A stretch of 64,000 bases of DNA from an uncultured bacterium (GTDB lineage: Bacteria > Verrucomicrobiota > Verrucomicrobiia > Limisphaerales > UBA8199): positions 224,001-288,000 of the forward strand of contig CAVVMW010000006.1 in the NCBI GenBank assembly GCA_963749495.1, in the 5' to 3' direction. Positions 54,754-64,000 of this stretch are shown piece after piece. Position numbers and translations under genes: made by a program. Positions within the stretch are counted from its first letter, which is position 1, and every line of letters starts with the position of its first letter. The notes below the pieces were generated by a model, which did no database searches, was not told the DNA's origin, and saw only the letters and a program-made list of their open reading frames with translations.

Positions 54754-57534
54754 TCATTCCTTGGGGAAATCCCCCGCCGTCACGACCACGAGTTTGTTGG
54801 GATCGATGTGTTTCCTCAAGGCGGCGGCAACCTGCTCGGGCGTGAGGCCCTCGATCTTCTGCTCGAGTTCGGCCTCGTAGGTCATGGTGCGGCCGAGGTG
54901 GCGCAGGTTGGCCAATAACCCGGCGAGGGCCGCATCGCCGGAGCGGGCGATCTTGCGGGCCTGAAGGAGGCCCTGTTTGGTGTCGGCCAGTTCCTGGGCG
55001 GAGACGCCGTCGCGGAGCAGGCGCTCCAGCTCTTCCCGGGCGGCATTGACGACGCGCGCGATGTTGGCCGGATTGCAGATGGCGGACAGGGTCAGCGAAG
55101 CGCGCTGGTCCCAGGAGGAGACACTCAGCCCGGAGCTGACGGAGTAGGAGAGGCCCTCCTGCTGGCGGATGCGGTTGCCCAGGCGGGAGGAGAGGGCGCC
55201 GCTGCCCAGAATGTAGTTGCCCACAACCAGGGCCGGGTAGTCCGGGTCATCGTCGCGCACCGGGAACAACAGGCCCGCGATATAGGTGGCGTTGGCCTTG
55301 TCCGGTGTGAGGATTTGGTGCCGGGCGCCGGGCACATCGTCAACGATGGGTGTGGGGACGCGGGCATAGGGTTTGGCGGCCGTCCACTCCCCAAGGGCTT
55401 CCTTGAGGATCGGCAGGCAGGCCTCGGGGTCGAAGTCGCCCACGATCGTCAACTCGCCTTCCTGGGAGCCGAGATAGTCGCGATAGAGCATGACGACCTG
55501 GTCGTAGGCGGCCTTGCGCAGCCGTTCGATGGATTCCTCAACGGTAGGCTGGTAGCGCACGTCGTTGGCCGGGTAAGGGCTGAGTTCGCGTTGCAGGAGG
55601 CGGGGCGCGAGCATGCTCGGCTCGGTGCGCATCTGCTCCATCATGGCCAGGCGCTCGCGTTTGAAGACCTCGAACTGCTCGGCGGGCAACGCCGGCTCGC
55701 GCAGGACCTGGCCCAAGAGACGCAGCACGTCGGGCAAGGTGTCGCGCCGGGCCTGGATGGAGAAGCTCACGGCGCCAGCCGGGCCGCCCGCCGGGCCTGC
55801 CCCACGCCCGCCCCGTCCGCCCCGGCGCCCGCCGCCCCCGCCTCCGGCGCTGAGCGTGGCCTTAAGGCGATCCAGTTCGTCGCGCAGTTGCTGGTCGGTG
55901 AGCTTCCTGGTGCCGCGCAGCATCAATTCGGGCAGGAACCCGGCGGCGGTCTCCAGGCCCTTGAGGTTTTCCTCGTTGCCGTAGCGAAGGGTGAGTGTGA
56001 GGTGGACTTCATTGCCGCGCGATTTCTTGGGCAGGAGCGTGGCCTTGATGCCCTCGGGCAGGTCCAGGCGCTGGACGCGCGCCTCGATATTGGCGGGCGA
56101 TGGGTCGAAGGCCTCGCCCTGGGCGACGAGGGCGCGGCCCTTGTAATCGGCCACCAGGGTCTGGATGGGCGGGGCAGGGGGGACTTCGATGCGCTCGGCC
56201 TTCTGGCTGGGGATGAAGAGGCCGACCGTGCGGTTGTTGCGCTGCAGATAGCGGGCGGCGGCGGCCTGGACGGCCTCCGGGGTGGCCTGTTCGATGCGGT
56301 CGCGGTCCAGGAAGTAGAGGCGCCAGTCGCCTTGCGCGGCCCATTCGCTGAGCGAGATAGCGATGCGCCTGGTATCATTGGCCGCCTGTTCGCGGGCCTT
56401 GAGAAGTTGCTGGCGGGCACGGGCGACCTCCTGGGCGGTCACGCCTTTGGCGCCCAACTCCTCGACCAGCGCGATGAGTTGGTCGCGCACTTCCTCGAGC
56501 GAGCCGTCGCGCGAAACCTGGGCCTCGATGGTCATGAGGCCGGGGTCGTGTTCGGCGCTGGCATAGGCAAAGGCGCTGACGGCCTTCTTGGACTCGACCA
56601 GGGCCTTGTAGAGCCGGCCGCTCGGCTGGGTCGAGAGGATGTTGGCCAGCACCTGGAGTGTGGCCGAGTCTTCGTGCGGGCCCGCCGGGATGTGATAAGC
56701 CACGGCCACCACGCCCACCTCGCCGACGCGCCGCAGGGTGACCGTTCGCTCGCCGTCCTGGGGCGGTTCCTCGGTGTAGGTGGCCTTGAGTTTGCGCTCC
56801 GGCCTGGGGATGGGGCCGAAGTATTTTTGCACCAGCCCCAGTGCCCTGGCCTCGTTGAAGCGGCCTGCCACGACCAGCACGACGTTGTCGGGCTGATAAT
56901 ACTTTTTGTAAAAGGCGCGGAGGTTCTCTACGGGGACGCGTTCGATGTCGCTGCGGTTGCCGATGGTTGGCTTGCCGTAGTTGTGCCAGTGATACGCGGC
57001 GGCGGCCATCCGCTTGCTCAGCACGCCCGCGGGTGAGTTCTCGCCGCGCTCGAATTCGTTGCGGACGACGGTCATTTCCGAGTCCAGGTCCTCGCGTTTG
57101 ATGAGGCTGTTGACCAGCCGGTCGGCCTCGAGGTCGAGGGCAAATTCAAGGTTGTCGTCCGTCGCCTCGAGCGTTTCAAAGTAATTGACGCGGTCGCTGG
57201 AGGTGCTGCCGTTGAACTGGGCGCCGTGGTCCTGGAGGACTTTGGGGATCTTCGGGTGGCGCGGGGTGCCTTTGAAGACCATGTGCTCGAGCAGGTGGGC
57301 CATGCCAGTCTCGCCATAGCCCTCCTGGCGCGAGCCCACCAGCACGGTCATGTTCACTGTCAACTCGGACTTCGAGTCGTCTGGAAACAGCAGCACGCGC
57401 AGCCCGTTGTCGAGCCGGTACTCCGTGATGCCTTCGACGGAGGCGCCCTTTTCCGGCGAGTCAGCCCCCAGAACCAATCCGAAACCTGCAAAGAGAGAGA
57501 TGCCGATGATGGGGTAAGACGCGAGCTTGAGCAT
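54754..57534 (-). CDS. M16 family (pitrilysin/PqqL-like) zinc peptidase
   Basis: GMAHLLEHMVFKGT (HxxEH), LEADRL, VVRNE, RIRQQEGLSY. Confidence 0.93.
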   Translation of the reverse strand: MLKLASYPIIGISLFAGFGLVLGADSPEKGASVEGITEYRLDNGLRVLLFPDDSKSELTVNMTVLVGSRQEGYGETGMAHLLEHMVFKGTPRHPKIPKVLQDHGAQFNGSTSSDRVNYFETLEATDDNLEFALDLEADRLVNSLIKREDLDSEMTVVRNEFERGENSPAGVLSKRMAAAAYHWHNYGKPTIGNRSDIERVPVENLRAFYKKYYQPDNVVLVVAGRFNEARALGLVQKYFGPIPRPERKLKATYTEEPPQDGERTVTLRRVGEVGVVAVAYHIPAGPHEDSATLQVLANILSTQPSGRLYKALVESKKAVSAFAYASAEHDPGLMTIEAQVSRDGSLEEVRDQLIALVEELGAKGVTAQEVARARQQLLKAREQAANDTRRIAISLSEWAAQGDWRLYFLDRDRIEQATPEAVQAAAARYLQRNNRTVGLFIPSQKAERIEVPPAPPIQTLVADYKGRALVAQGEAFDPSPANIEARVQRLDLPEGIKATLLPKKSRGNEVHLTLTLRYGNEENLKGLETAAGFLPELMLRGTRKLTDQQLRDELDRLKATLSAGGGGGGRRGGRGGRGAGPAGGPAGAVSFSIQARRDTLPDVLRLLGQVLREPALPAEQFEVFKRERLAMMEQMRTEPSMLAPRLLQRELSPYPANDVRYQPTVEESIERLRKAAYDQVVMLYRDYLGSQEGELTIVGDFDPEACLPILKEALGEWTAAKPYARVPTPIVDDVPGARHQILTPDKANATYIAGLLFPVRDDDPDYPALVVGNYILGSGALSSRLGNRIRQQEGLSYSVSSGLSVSSWDQRASLTLSAICNPANIARVVNAAREELERLLRDGVSAQELADTKQGLLQARKIARSGDAALAGLLANLRHLGRTMTYEAELEQKIEGLTPEQVAAALRKHIDPNKLVVVTAGDFPKE

Positions 57535-57839
57535 GACCCAGAGTGGCTGGGGGCGGGGGGGGAACACAAGCCTTTTCGGGGGCGAAAAGCTGCGGGCGGA
57601 ATGAGGAATGACGAATGACGAATGACGAATGACGAATGAGCAGCGATGTGCGCTCCGGCGAGTGACGATCCGACGACGGGCTGGTCTATGATCACGATAG
57701 GGCAGGAGACGCATAGTCCGACTGGTCAGACAGGTCAGACTGGTCGGACGGGGCGTTGCGCCCGGGGCGCTGAATTGAACATTGCTAAATGGGAACTGTC
57801 CGCTTATAGAGTGGCCCGTTGAACTTTCGAACGAAGATC

Positions 57840-60056
57840 ATGGTGGGTGAATCTCAATTGAACCTGCTGGCGCGCGTGCGCCGGGCAAAGGCGGCGGGGG
57901 CCTGGGCGGTGGGGTTGGCGGTCTGGATGGGGTGGATGGGGGCGGCGCAGGGGGCGCTGCAATTCGATGTGTTTTTCGGCTACGGCGGCATCGTGCGGGA
58001 GGGGAGTTGGTTTCCGCTGGCGTGCGAGATCAAGAATGACGGCCCGTCATTCAAGGGGGAGATCGAGGTGGGTTCGGGCACGTATAGCAAGGAGCCGCAG
58101 GTGCAGCGGGTGCCGATCGAGTTGCCCACGGGCACACTCAAGCGGGTGTTTATCCCGGTCTTTTTGGGCAGCCGCGGCTACAGCGCCTGGGACTTGAGGC
58201 TGCTGGACGAGCGCGGGCATGTGCGGGCCGAGCACCTGGGCGAGCGGCCCAACCGGAGCATCTCGGCGGACACGCCGTTGCTGGGAGCCATGGCGCGCAC
58301 GCCGGGGGGCGTCCCGGTATTTCGTCCCCTCCTCTCCGCCTCGCAGTCCGCGGCGTCCGACCTCCAGCCGCTCTCGGCGCTGTTGCGGCCCTCGATATTC
58401 CCCGACAACCCGCTGGTCCTGGAAGGGCTGGCTTCGATCTATCTCAACTCGTCGCAGGCCTCCGAAATCAAGGTGCCGCAGGTGGACGCACTCTACGCCT
58501 GGCTCAATGCCGGCGGCCATTTAATCGTCGGCGTCGAACAATTGTCGGACATCAATTCCACACCATGGCTCAAGGGGCTGTTCCCGTGCGAACTCAAGGA
58601 GATGAGAACGCTCAAACCAGCCCGGGAACTGGAGGCCTGGCTGGCCAGCCCGAGCGGCTTGCCCAGCGGCAGGCTCCGGGCCACCATCATGTCCACTCGC
58701 TCCCGCGGCCGGCCGGGCGCGCGCGTCGAGGGCAGCGCGGCCTTCACCGGCCTGGAGCAGGACCTGGCCTTCGCCGGGGCCGAGGTGCTCGTGGCAGCGG
58801 GGACGGTGGTGGACGGGCAGACAGTGCTCTCCTGCCAAGAGGTGCCACTCATGGTCACCGCCACTCGCGGGCGCGGGCGCGTGACGGCGCTCCTGTTCAG
58901 CCCCGAGCGCGAGCCGTTCCGCTCGTGGAAAAACCTGCCGACATTCTGGACGAAGCTGGCCGAGGTGCCCGCGGACTGGTATGCGACCGGGCCGCAGCAG
59001 CAGGTCTATTACGGCGGGGGAACGAGCACCGACGGCATCTTCGGCGCCATGCTCGACAGCCGCCAGGTCCACAAGCTGCCCGTCGAGTGGCTGCTGGTCC
59101 TGCTGATCGTCTATCTGGTCGTCATCGGACCGCTGGACCAGTACTGGCTCAAGCGCATCCACCGGCCCATGCTCACCTGGATTACCTTCCCGTGTTACGT
59201 GGTGCTCTTCTCGCTGCTGATCTATTTCATCGGCTACAAGCTGCGCGCGGGCGAGTCCGAGTGGAACGAACTGCACCTGGTGGACGTGCTGCTGGCCGGC
59301 GACCACGCCGAGTTCCGCGGGCGCACCTACGCCACCATCTATTCGCCCTCCAACCAGCGCTACATTCTGGAGAGCCAGCAGAAGTACGCCACGCTCCGGG
59401 GTGAATTCGCCGGCATGGCGGCCGGCGGCGCCTCCGACGAGAGAATCAACCTCCTGCACAAAGGCGACAGCTTCAAGGCGGAGGTCTTCGTGCCGGTGTG
59501 GATCAGCAAGCTCTACGTGAGCGATTGGTGGCAAACGGCCGAAGTGCCCCTGAGTATCTCCGTCACGACCACCCCGGCGGGCTGGACCGTCAGCGTTGCC
59601 AACCAGACCGATCAAAAGCTGGCCAATGCCCAAATCGCCATCGAGGACCGCCTCTTCGCTTTGGGCGACGTGCGGGCCGGGGAGAGCAAGAGCTTCAACG
59701 TGGCCCGGGAGCGGGGCCGGGGACTGCTCGAATTCCTTTCGGGCTACGGCAGCCAGTTCGCCGGTGCCGCCCACTCGCGTGGGCGCGCCTTCGCCTCGAC
59801 CGAAGCCGGCCGCATCAACGACCTCCCAACCGGCAGCATCGCCGCCTCCTTCCCCTCGCTGCTGAGTCTGGGCCCGGACCGCTTTTCGCGGTTCATCTCT
59901 CCCGCGGGCCTTGATGTGAGCCCCGTCGTCGAGCATGGCGGGGCGATGTTCTTCGCTTGGGTGGAAAACTACTCCCCCGTCAAGGCCATCAACCAGTTCT
60001 CCCCGCGCCGGTTCCACCAGAATACGCTCTGGAGGGTGGCGACGACCGTCAAATGA
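57840..60056 (+). CDS. hypothetical membrane protein with large extracytoplasmic domain (ABC-associated)
   Basis: Signal-like N-terminus; TM pair LLIVYLVVIGPLDQY / WITFPCYVVLFS; upstream of the ABC ATPase. Confidence 0.7.
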   Translation: MVGESQLNLLARVRRAKAAGAWAVGLAVWMGWMGAAQGALQFDVFFGYGGIVREGSWFPLACEIKNDGPSFKGEIEVGSGTYSKEPQVQRVPIELPTGTLKRVFIPVFLGSRGYSAWDLRLLDERGHVRAEHLGERPNRSISADTPLLGAMARTPGGVPVFRPLLSASQSAASDLQPLSALLRPSIFPDNPLVLEGLASIYLNSSQASEIKVPQVDALYAWLNAGGHLIVGVEQLSDINSTPWLKGLFPCELKEMRTLKPARELEAWLASPSGLPSGRLRATIMSTRSRGRPGARVEGSAAFTGLEQDLAFAGAEVLVAAGTVVDGQTVLSCQEVPLMVTATRGRGRVTALLFSPEREPFRSWKNLPTFWTKLAEVPADWYATGPQQQVYYGGGTSTDGIFGAMLDSRQVHKLPVEWLLVLLIVYLVVIGPLDQYWLKRIHRPMLTWITFPCYVVLFSLLIYFIGYKLRAGESEWNELHLVDVLLAGDHAEFRGRTYATIYSPSNQRYILESQQKYATLRGEFAGMAAGGASDERINLLHKGDSFKAEVFVPVWISKLYVSDWWQTAEVPLSISVTTTPAGWTVSVANQTDQKLANAQIAIEDRLFALGDVRAGESKSFNVARERGRGLLEFLSGYGSQFAGAAHSRGRAFASTEAGRINDLPTGSIAASFPSLLSLGPDRFSRFISPAGLDVSPVVEHGGAMFFAWVENYSPVKAINQFSPRRFHQNTLWRVATTVK

Positions 60057-60092
60057 TGTGTGGACTGTGGACTCTGGACTGTGGACTAATCT

Positions 60093-61046
60093 ATGAACGC
60101 TCCTCCTCCTCCGATCGAAGCGGTGCAGACGTTCGGGCTGACCCGGTTCTACGGCGTGATTGCCGCCTTGTCCGGGCTCGACCTGACCGTACACAAAGGC
60201 GATCTGTTCGGGTTCATCGGCTCGAACGGGGCCGGCAAGACGACCACCCTGCGCATCCTGGCCACGTTCCTGGCGCCTTCCTCCGGCCGGGCCCAGGTCC
60301 TGGGTTATGACGTCGTCAAAGATGCCGACTCGGTGCGGCATGTCATCGGGTACATGCCCGACTTTTTCGGTGTGTACAAGGACATGGAGGTGACCGAGTA
60401 CCTGGACTTTTTCGGGGCGTGCTACAAGATCCCGTCCGTGCAGCGCGAGAAGACCGTCAACGACGTGCTCGAGTTGGTGGGATTGAGCGAGAAGAAGGGG
60501 TCGCTGATCGGGGCGCTGAGCCGGGGGATGCAGCAGCGGCTGGGCCTGGCGCGGGTGCTGATTCACGACCCGCAGTTGCTGCTCCTGGACGAGCCGGCCA
60601 GCGGCCTGGACCCCCGCGCGCGCATCGAGATGATGGCCGTGCTCCAGGAACTCCAGCGCCTGGGCAAGACGATTATCATCTCCTCTCACATCCTCAGCGA
60701 ACTGCAGACCCTCTGCAACCGCGTCGCCATCATCGAGAAGGGCAAGCTCATCTACAGCGGGGCCGTCCAGGGCGTGCGCGACCAGATGGCGCAGGGGCGC
60801 GTCCTCTGGGTGCGCGTGTCGAGCGACCCGGCCAAGGCCATCGAACTGCTCAAGGCCCGCCCCGAGGTCGCGGAAGTCACGGCCAGCGACGGCGAGATCA
60901 AGGTCACGCTCAGCGGCCATGACAGCGACCACAGCATCATCGCCGACGTGCTGGTCCGGGGCGGGGCCAGGTTGATCGGCCTGCGCGAGGACGAGATCGG
61001 CCTGGAGGAGGTCTTCATGCGCGTGACGCGCGGGGAAACCCAGTGA
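60093..61046 (+). CDS. ABC transporter ATP-binding protein
   Basis: GSNGAGKTT, LSRGMQQR, LLLDEP, SSH. Confidence 0.95.
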   Translation: MNAPPPPIEAVQTFGLTRFYGVIAALSGLDLTVHKGDLFGFIGSNGAGKTTTLRILATFLAPSSGRAQVLGYDVVKDADSVRHVIGYMPDFFGVYKDMEVTEYLDFFGACYKIPSVQREKTVNDVLELVGLSEKKGSLIGALSRGMQQRLGLARVLIHDPQLLLLDEPASGLDPRARIEMMAVLQELQRLGKTIIISSHILSELQTLCNRVAIIEKGKLIYSGAVQGVRDQMAQGRVLWVRVSSDPAKAIELLKARPEVAEVTASDGEIKVTLSGHDSDHSIIADVLVRGGARLIGLREDEIGLEEVFMRVTRGETQ

Positions 61047-61184
61047 CTGAGGCCGGAGGGCGGAGGACGGAGGGGGAAATGACGAATGACGAATGACGAA
61101 TGACGAGGGCGGAGGACGGAGGACGAGCGAGGCGAGCCCGCCTTGGCCGTGCCGAACATGAGGCTGTGCGCCGGGTCCAATCGT

Positions 61185-61393
61185 CACCGCGTAGCGGTGC
61201 CTGATGGTAGCCGTGGACTTTCAGTCCACGGATCTTGACCCACGAGGACGTGCGTCGCGTAGCGACGCCTGAGAACACAATTGGCCGTGGCCGATGGAAC
61301 ATATCAAGAGTCGCTACGCGACGGGCGATCCCCCCGGCGCCCCAAACCGTGGACCGAGGTCCACGGCTACCTTCACTGCGTCGCTACGCGACG
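61185..61393. repeat. palindromic element related to 49223-49443
   Basis: CGTCGCGTAGCGACG and GTAGCCGTGGAC...GTCCACGG units. Confidence 0.75.
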
Positions 61394-61538
61394 TGCGCAG
61401 CGCGGCGCCGATCTGGAGGAGATTTATACACAAAGGCGGGGCGGCGTTGTCTATACTTGGAGAGCCGTTATGCAAAGTTCCGTTAGACCATGGTTCAGAC
61501 GCTGTCGGACACCGGGCACTGCACGATGACGTTGCACG

Positions 61539-63252
61539 ATGACGTTGCTGCCGATCATCGAGCGCGAGTTGCTGGTTCGGGCGCGGAGCCGGGCAAGCCG
61601 GCGGCTGCGCCTGGGGGCGGCGCTGGTCGGGACGTGGGTGTGCGTGCCGTGGCTCCTGTCGGGCGCATCGCTCACGCCGGTCAACGGCGGGGATCTCTTT
61701 CGCGCGCTGGCGGGCGCGTGCTTCATCCTCTGCTGCGCGGGTTGCTTGTTCACGTGTGATACCGTTGGCTCGGAGCGGCGCGAAGGGACGCTGGGGCTGC
61801 TGTTACTGACGCGCGTGCGGGCTGTGGACGTCCTTTTGGGCAAGCTGGGGTCAAACGGGCTGGATGCCTTGTCCGGGTTGGTGGCGCTGCTGCCGCTGTT
61901 GATGATCCCGGTGCTCATGGGCGGCACCACCGGCTGGGAGGCCGGGCGCAAGGGCCTGGCCTTGCTCGACACCCTCTGTCTGGCCCTGGCGGCGGGCCTG
62001 TATGAGTCGGTCTCGCACCCCAAGCAGTTCCGGGCAGCGGTGGGGGCGGTGCTGCTGGTGCTGGCAATCGTGCTCCTGCCGGCCATCTCATGGGAGAGGA
62101 CCGCGCTGCCGCATTGCTGGCCCCTGTTCAGTCCGCTCTCGGCGATGATCTGGGCGGGCGACGTCGCCTATCGGTCCTCCCCACTTGAGGTACTGGGCCT
62201 GTTTGGCCCTCGTGCAGGCGGAGGCCTGGGTCTTGGTGGCGTTCGCCAGTGATCGCCTGCGCCGTGCTGTGAGAGAAGCGGGCGACGCGCAAATCGAGTC
62301 CGCGGCGGCCAGCCGCCGGAACGGTCGCCGCCCGCCGCGGCCGATTTCCGCAGCGGAGAATCCCGTGGCATGGCTGCTAGGGCGGCAGGGGCCTAAACTC
62401 GGAAGCTACAGCATCGGTGTGCTCGAGGAAAATCCCGTGGCATGGCTGGTCGCGCGGCAGCGCGGTCTCCGGGCCGCTATATGGGCGGCGGTTGCGCTGA
62501 GTCTGATCAACAGCCTGGCCTGGGCTTTCCTTTCCCGGATGTTCCGGATTCCCTTCTCGCCCGGGTGGCCGTGGAGTGCGCTCGCGGGACTGCCCTGGCT
62601 GGCGCTGCACCTGCTGAGTTGGTCGCTGTTTGCCTGGGCTGCCAGCCGGTTTTTCATCGAGGCCCGGCGGACGGGCGAACTGGAGATGCTCCTCACGACG
62701 CCTTTGGGCGCCGGGCAGGTGGTGGCGGGGCAATGGCGCGCGTTGTGGCGCTTGTTCTTCGTGCCGGCGCTGGTGTTGGCGGTGATGGGCAGCGTGGGGA
62801 CCTTCCTTCCGCTGCTGGCTCTTCGCTCCCGCTCGGGCTTGGCGCAGCCGGAGATGTCGTACGTGCTAGGCCTGGTGGCTTTAAACCTCTTGCACCTGGC
62901 GCTTGGCCTCGCGGCGTTGTGCTGGCTGGGGCTGTGGTTTGGACTAAGGTCGCGCAGCCAGGCCGGCGCTGTCATCCGGACCATGGCGGTCGGCCAGGTT
63001 GTCCCGTACTTCCTCAACATCTGCGGCATGCTGCTGGTTTGGCCGCTTCGGGCCTTTCTTTCTCGCCTGAGCGGTCCGTTGCCGCTTTTCGTCGATTTGT
63101 CGGTACTGGCTGCCCCAGATCGCAGTCCTCATATATTCTCTCTGCATGATCCGCTGGGCCAGGAACCGATTGCGCCGGGAGTTGACCCGCTTCGAGCCGA
63201 ACCAATTCACGCTGCGCCGCCACAGCGTGGCGCCTTTGCCTTCAGCCTTTAG
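61539..63252 (+). CDS. ABC-2 type permease-like membrane protein (frameshifted)
   Basis: MTLLPIIERELLV, ERREGTLGLLLLT, RRTGELEMLLTTPL. Confidence 0.8.
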
Positions 63253-63277
63253 CCTTTAGCCTTCAGCCTTGCCCATC

Positions 63278-64000
63278 ATGACCCTCCTTCCCATCGTCCA
63301 TCGTGAGTTGCAAGTGGCTGCGCGGCGGCAGGGGACGTATCGGGCGCGGTTCTGGCTGGCGCTGGCGATGGTGGGGCTGTGGTTGTTGCTGCTGCGGTTT
63401 GGCCAAAGCACGCTTCCCGCCTCGCAGCAAGGCCAGTCACTCTTCCGGTCCAGCGGGGTTCTGGCCCTGCTCTTCGCGATGGTGGCCGGGGCCTTCCTGA
63501 CGGCGGACTGTTTGAGCGAGGAAAAGCGGGATGGCACGCTGGGCCTGCTGTTCCTGACGGAACTCAAGGGCTACGACGTCGTCCTGGGCAAGCTGATCGC
63601 GACCTCGCTGCACGGGTTTTACGGGCTGCTGGCCGTGTTGCCGCTGCTGGGCCTGCCGTTGCTCATCGGCAGCGTCACGGGCGGTGAGTTTTGCCGCATC
63701 GCCCTGGCGCTGACGGCGACGCTGTTTTTGTCGCTGTCCATCGGGATGCTGGTTTCGGCGCTGTGGCTGCGGAGCCGGCAGACGATGACCTGGACGCTGG
63801 TGATCCTGGCGCTGGTGGCGGGCTTGCCGGCGGGCTTGTGGTGGCTTCTCTGCGCCTGGCAGGGGGGCCTGGCTCCGCAGGTCCTGCTGGCGCCCAGCCC
63901 GCCCTATCTCTTTTGGGCCGGGCTGGAGGCCAATTACGCCGGCGCGGCCTACTGGAGGTCGTTGCTGACGGTTCTGGTTTTGGCCTGCGGCGCGCTGGTG
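63278..64000 (+). CDS. ABC-2 type permease-like membrane protein, paralog of the preceding gene (runs off the window)
   Basis: MTLLPIVHRELQVAAR...DCLSEEKRDGTLGLLFLTELKGYDVVLGKL. Confidence 0.85.
   Translation, partial: MTLLPIVHRELQVAARRQGTYRARFWLALAMVGLWLLLLRFGQSTLPASQQGQSLFRSSGVLALLFAMVAGAFLTADCLSEEKRDGTLGLLFLTELKGYDVVLGKLIATSLHGFYGLLAVLPLLGLPLLIGSVTGGEFCRIALALTATLFLSLSIGMLVSALWLRSRQTMTWTLVILALVAGLPAGLWWLLCAWQGGLAPQVLLAPSPPYLFWAGLEANYAGAAYWRSLLTVLVLACGALV

Overview
GC-rich bacterial chromosome segment. Gene content and secreted-protein style suggest Verrucomicrobiota, possibly Pedosphaerales-like (inference). Core genes: hflX, radC, acnA, tlyA, nadK, rpoD, lysS, tilS, ftsH, rpe. Also present are a DUF4159/FHA-MoxR/DUF58/BatA-vWA operon, ABC-transporter genes, hydrolases, a Fic protein, an HNH pair, an M16 peptidase and several secreted Ig/LamG/NHL/PA14 proteins. 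Many genes, including essential ones, carry single frameshifts, most likely long-read indel errors. Intergenic space is crowded with REP/MITE-like palindromes and 7-/9-mer tandem arrays, some in frame inside acnA, tilS and a vWA gene. The most unusual region is 7.4-15.5 kb. There a large secreted BNR/sialidase-like gene (A), with a C11 tract in its signal-peptide region, is followed by four paralogous cupredoxin-like/Ig genes (B1-B4). Each of B2-B4 is preceded by an orphan, divergent copy of the 3' end of A. The block lies between radC and a degenerate copy of part of the radC 3' region. This resembles a C-terminal-swapping cassette array, like the orphan modules of polymorphic toxins but built from non-toxin-looking proteins. 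No rRNA, tRNA, CRISPR array, integrase or transposase was recognised. All family calls are from motif recognition by eye, not database searches.
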